A stretch of 64,000 bases of DNA from Podarcis gaigeae (lineage: Eukaryota), in assembly GCA_964106915.2 (NCBI GenBank), contig OZ066914.1. One strand, given 5' to 3'. A program made the translations under genes and the position numbers. The notes beneath the pieces were generated by a model. That model was not told the DNA's origin, did no database searches, and was given only the letters and a program-made list of their open reading frames with translations. Shown here piece after piece: positions 58,631 through 64,000 of the stretch. The stretch's first letter is position 1, and every line of letters begins with the position of its first letter.

Positions 58631-60939
58631 TGTATTAGGCACAAAGGGAAGGATCTTTCTATATCTCCATTTCCCAGACCAGAGAATAGGATAAGTGCAC
58701 ACAGATCTGCTAATCAGCTGAGGTACCTCACTTTCTAACTAGTATCTTTTTTTGCCACCGAGAAAGTAAGAAAGTGTGATTGATTCACTGCTGGCCCTTC
58801 AGTAATCCAAGATCCAGCAAGGAGAAGATTCATAGATCTGCAGCCCTGCCCATCAGTGGCTGTTGTTTGGAGGGAGGAGAAAAAAGAGTTTAATTCCCAA
58901 CTGCATCCATGTCCTCCTTTTTTAAGGACAGCCAGTGGGAGACATGGTGCAGTGAGAAGATGATGTTGAAGCAAATATCTGTGCTAGTGGGGACAAACAA
59001 TGCATTTGTGCATAAAACTCAACACTGAATACTTTCTTCCCCGTGTTCTTCTGATAGAATGAGGATCTTGCCAGTTCAGAGACATGTGCATACTTCGTGA
59101 GTAAGAAGAGGTGGGTGCCATGCCACTAAAGGTGCAGCATTATGAGGCTTAACTGTAAGATTACTACACCAATCCATTAAGAACAGTAGCAAGATTGGCG
59201 ATGGTGATCATTATGATTAGGGTTACTTACTCAGTTGAAACTAGCAACATGTTAGCCCAAATGGAATGCACATTCTCTGCACCATGATCTCCTCTACACA
59301 AAATACTCAGTCATGACTTGAAGGAACAAGATCTTATTGATGGGGCTCACAAGAATGGAAATAGCACAGAAAGCAGAGGAAACTGTCAGTCAGGTCTTCT
59401 GTGCTCTTCTTGCCAATAAAGCATTTAAATCTTGCTACATGCGTCTTTCCTCATATCAACTGAAAAAAATCAGTGGTACCAAGCCAAGCTGCCATTGTTT
59501 TTGGCATACATTTTAAAACCTGCTTTGCTGGTTTCCCATGCTTATGGCTAAGTTTGTAACAAATATTCAGTGTTTATCTTAATTTTGCTTACTTTAACTT
59601 TTTACATGCCACTTTTTCAGCTGTTATGAGTGGCCAAAATCAGCTTAGAGCTAAACTACTTGAATGCAGTAATGATAAGGAGGTAAGAAGCAATGCAGCA
59701 TGTATAATATTCCAAAGAAGAAATGGGAAAGCAAAGTACATTGACAAACACCAGCTGGGCATATAAGCCTGCTGATACAAACCAGTTTTCACTGCCATAG
59801 TAGGAGCCAAACCATAATCAAGGGCAATGTGTTTCATAATCTGGAAATTACTATGGATAAGGCCCTCTTTGGCATCACCACCAACTAAGCCTCTTACTTG
59901 TATTATAGACGGCAAGAGAGACCTGTAACAATGGCAATGTGAAGTACTTTTCATAAGGGTTCTAGGTAGTCAAGCAACAATACCTTCTTTCAGGACACAC
60001 CATTTCATAGTAACTACTATCTCAGAACTATGCATTCATGAAATTGGGAGGCAAATGAGGAAAACCTAAGGTTATTAATTTAGTTACCCAAGCAGAAATG
60101 AAGACAATCCATCTAATTAAACAATGATGTAGAAATACCTGCAAGCTTATTGGTGCTACTCAAATTTACAAAAAATAGGCTACATGTGTAGCAGAAAAGC
60201 TTATTGCTGGACTGTTACATCTAAATGTTTTGCACATAAAGCCATCAACTCAGCTACCTCTTGGATTATGCTGGAACTACAAAAAAAGAGTTTTGCTTCC
60301 TTGGTACTAAAGTGTTCAACTTTCTAAGGCTAAATGTGCATCTTTCTGAAGTTCAAGTAGGGTTATAAAGGCATAATTCCAAAAGATTTACAGTCTCTTT
60401 GCTTCATGTATCACAAAGCTAGTCTTTAAGAGACCGTGGTCCATTATTACATCAATCCTGGAAGAGGACTGTGATCTGCAGCCGTAATTATATCACTAAT
60501 TTTATTATCATAAGAACAGCTGCTTTTCTAATTGCAGTTCAGTTTAATGTCTATGTGTGGCAGCCATAACAGCAACATTATAGGAAGAGAAAGAACTTGA
60601 GCAAGAACTCTGTTTCTGATTTTTTATTATATATGCTTGCCAGGATTTTTAAAAATAAACAAATCAAATAGATTTTGAATAGAATATTCAAAGCTAGATA
60701 TGTCAACCATGTTTCAGCAGCAGGAGGGCCACTTAAGAACAGAACACCACTTAATACTAAAAATAAAAATGTGCCCCCCCCCAAAAAAGTTTTCTTTTGG
60801 AGTATCTCCAACCAATGGACTCCTGACACAGGCATACTGGTAAGTTACACTGCTTCTTACAGTGTGGGGTTGTAAAGATAACAGAGGACGTCAGGTTTTA
60901 GCAGCAGTCTAGTGTTCTTACCACAAATGGTTTTGCTCT

Positions 60940-61045
60940 GTGGTGGTGAACCTGTGGCCCTCCAGATATTGTTGGACTCCAACTCCCATCAGCCCCAGCT
61001 AGGATTGTTAGGGATGATGGGAGCTGAAGTTCAACATCACCATCT
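60940..61045. mobile_element. Palindromic hAT MITE family E (partial)
   Basis: AACCTGTGGCCCTCCAGATATTGTTGGACTCCAACTCCCATCA...GATGATGGGAGCTG. Confidence 0.65.
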
Positions 61046-63065
61046 CTACTCTATGACACCCAACTATAGAATGAATGGGGGCCAGCCAAGAAAAGGCCAT
61101 CATCACAAAAAAGTGCTATGCATAAGAATTCCTATCCTTGGATCAAAGTACAACATGTTCTTAAGTTCTGAACCATGGACTTGTATAGGTATTCACCTCA
61201 TCCATCTTTTGCTTCAGTGAGATGCTCATAGTTCAGTAATATCCACCCCCCTCCCCCTGGGAAGCATTTGTATGATAAATTTGAAAATGCAAAACACTAG
61301 CTGCAAATCACCTCAACAAAAAGTCCAATTGAGCACAATCCTCAAATCATTCCGTAGTCTCTCAAAGAGCAGGGGGAGGACTTGGCTGTCCTAAAGCAAA
61401 ACAACACTGGTACATTTGTGTTTCAAAATAGGGCAACCTATTGAAAACAGAGTCCTGTCTCCCCACTTACAGCGAGAGCTCCACTAATGCCATCTGAAAA
61501 CACCTGCTCTCCCAAGCGAGTGTTTGACATACACTATACAGAAGTCTGTTCCAATCTGGCAGGAAAAGCACAAGCTGTACACCCGTTAGAAAGAACAGAT
61601 GAATAGATGTGAGGAATAGAAGATACCCAAAGAGGAAACAGACTGGCAATAAGAAATGGTCTCCCCAGGAAAAGTACTTTCCCCACATTAATCTGTTAAA
61701 AAAGCACCCAAAGCAGCACAAAAAAGAATGCAAACATTATAACTTTACTGCTACGAATAAGGAGGTAAAAAACACAACACGCCTGTAATTAGATAAGAGC
61801 TCTCTCAAGTAACTTCCCAAAAGAAGTTCTTCCCAAAAGAAGAAAATAATCGTCAGAATACAAACATGTTCAAGTTTATCACTGCCAGTAGCACTATGCC
61901 AAAACCGAGATGAATGCAGTGGACGAAGCAAGAAGGGGCAGAAACAAATGGACACAGAACTAAGAGCGACACAAATATGGCAAAAGCTCCTTCTGAAACC
62001 GGAAGAAGAATCCAGAACAGAAATACAAATGAACAGTTTAGGTGTAATTTTTAAAGTCAAACTGGAAAGATTTGTATCACTTTGCACCTCTTGCCAAGTA
62101 CAGGGTGCTGTGGTATCAAACCACTTTGTATGTTATTGCTGCTAAAAGCACATTAATAAGGCAGGGAACAACATTGTCCAAAGAGAAATTTAGCGGAAGA
62201 ACTTGGCTTGTGCTTAACTTTCCAAAATCCATAAAATTAATACAGTGACAACTTGGCAAAGGCCAGCTAGTTTTTATCTTCTTGAACCGTTTGCTTCTAG
62301 TTGTTCAGGACCATGTTGAAAGAAGTTAGCTTTCATAGACCCACATATGTTGCCTGCAGTGACCCAAGCCTCATGCACCTATCTGGATATCTTTTATTAG
62401 AGAAATCTGGGCCTGTTCTATCTACACAGTTGCCATTTGATTCAGTGATAAACTTAAAGGGTTGGATCCAAATAACTGTGAGTGGAAGGTAAACAGCCAC
62501 TAGCACTGCTCCACAAATGCCCATCCAAGAACTTGAACATATAGTGCTATAATATGTAGGTTCTCTTATCGTTGTTATGCTTCCAAGTTCACAAGCTTTT
62601 GTGCTTATACAAAAGAGCGTAATTGGATTTAGTCAAACTTTTTTTCGTACAACACTGTAGTATGAGGTGTAAAAGACATCCCTCCAATAAGGAGAATATA
62701 CATTCTTGCATATGAGGCACAATATCCTAAAAAAGACCCCAACACAATATCCTAAAAAAGAACAGCACAAATATTTTACTAGTTTTTATTCAAATGATCC
62801 CTCTTAAAGTTTGCAAACAACAGCCTTATATTTATATTTATATACGAGGAAGAAGTTTTTGCAAGTGAACAGCTCCATAACACAAGTTGCTGTACAGCAT
62901 ACAGGTGATGCATATGGGCAGCTTCAACCATTTTGACTTACTACTCTTCAGTATTTATTCATTCATTCATTTATTTAGGGGTTGTTTGCATGCCCTGCAC
63001 AAAATCACTTAAAGCACCTTCTCACTTTAGCAACATATCCCTCAATTTTCAAAATGTATACTTAC

Positions 63066-63241
63066 GGTTGGCATAGTTTTACTAAGTCCTGGTCAGTGGT
63101 GTTTGGTGGCAGACCTCGGATATAAAGATTTGTTTTGCTTAATTGATCCCAACCTGAGTTGCTGCTGCTGCTGTTGTTGCTATTGCTGCTGGTGATGATG
63201 GGGCTAGGAGGAGCCATTGGATGGGCAGGCACGATGGGCTG
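63066..63241 (-). CDS. RBMS1: RBMS1 coding exon 2 (176 nt): [59 protein letters not shown]; start of RRM1
   Basis: Translation matches the RBMS1 N-terminus and the RRM1 RNP2 motif (LYIRGL). Acceptor ttttcag|CAG, donor CC|gtaag. Confidence 0.97.
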
Positions 63242-64000
63242 CTGAAAAATAAAGCAAGAACAGAGGAGCTCATTCAGGACATACAGTCTGAACTGCACAG
63301 CACCTTGATTCATCCTGGGAAAAGTTCTGATGCTATTACTCCGTGGTACAAATATCCCTGCTTCCACAGCACCTTGGAAGCCTACAGAGCAAGTCACTCA
63401 AAGCATGCAAGGAGACGACACACGTATTATGGTGCAAATACATCATATTGCCCTTTCACAGGGTGGCATATAGTACAAGGTAGAATGTTTCTCTTTAAAC
63501 AGACAAGCACAACTGAAGATGTAGAGAACATAAACTTCTTATCATCAGCATGTCTCTCTTTGACCAGGCTAAAGCCTCCAACTTAAAATAAGGCTGTCAA
63601 ATCAGTATGAGCTGACTATATCTACAGCTTGTGTCTACCCTAAACATACTGCACTATGTCATATCATGGAAAGTTATCCACTCCTTTGTGCAGGGGGAAG
63701 GGAGAAGAAATTTTTCAGGTAGAGGCAATGTACATGTTTGGTAATGTATTACCGTATTTAAGTTCAAACACACTGAATGGCTTAGTCCTCATTGAAAATA
63801 TGTACATAACTGAATTTACAACAATTATTCTTTATTAATTTACTTCTCCTTTTTGTTACTGCTCTGCGGCTTTCTCACTCACCCATCAAGATCTAGCTGT
63901 AAGCTCCTTGAAGCAAGAGTTGACATTTTTAGTTCTGTTGCATTAAACTATGTACATTTATGGCATCCATTATTATAAGTGTACTGGATTACCAACCATA

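Noticed and set aside
63066-63241. RBMS2 or RBMS3 identity, or a processed RBMS1 pseudogene
   Set aside because: [12 protein letters not shown], the VRL donor pair and the [11 protein letters not shown]-terminus fit RBMS1. Introns and an intact frame exclude a retrocopy.

Overview
Vertebrate genomic DNA, almost certainly from a squamate and probably a lacertid lizard. The assignment rests on the repeat content: Sauria SINE, Bov-B/RTE, squamate CR1/L2 and abundant MITEs. The window holds most of one minus-strand gene, RBMS1 (MSSP/SCR2, a two-RRM RNA-binding protein). I could place coding exons 2-13 (63241 down to the stop at 17185) with GT-AG boundaries and consistent phases. They total 1131 nt (376 aa plus stop), or 1140 nt with the VRL extension. 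A 3'UTR intron starts 7 nt after the stop. The terminal exon is about 2.7 kb (15675 to ~13000) and contains a 206-nt assembly gap. Exon 1 lies beyond the right edge. Positions 1-12900 are intergenic. Nearly all other ORFs in the supplied track are spurious or repeat-derived. I cannot support a wholly new biological system here. The best leads are regulatory: (1) an apparent lineage-specific 6-nt shift of the exon 10 acceptor; (2) inverted MITE pairs bracketing exons 5-6 and exon 3; (3) an exon 3 acceptor whose pyrimidine tract is displaced by an A-run; (4) tandem donors at exon 7 with a neighbouring (UG)13; (5) a convergent pair of identical CTCF cores downstream of the gene; (6) one CCAAT palindrome shared by two unrelated MITE families. 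Comparisons with human RBMS1 and repeat-family names come from memory, not from a search.
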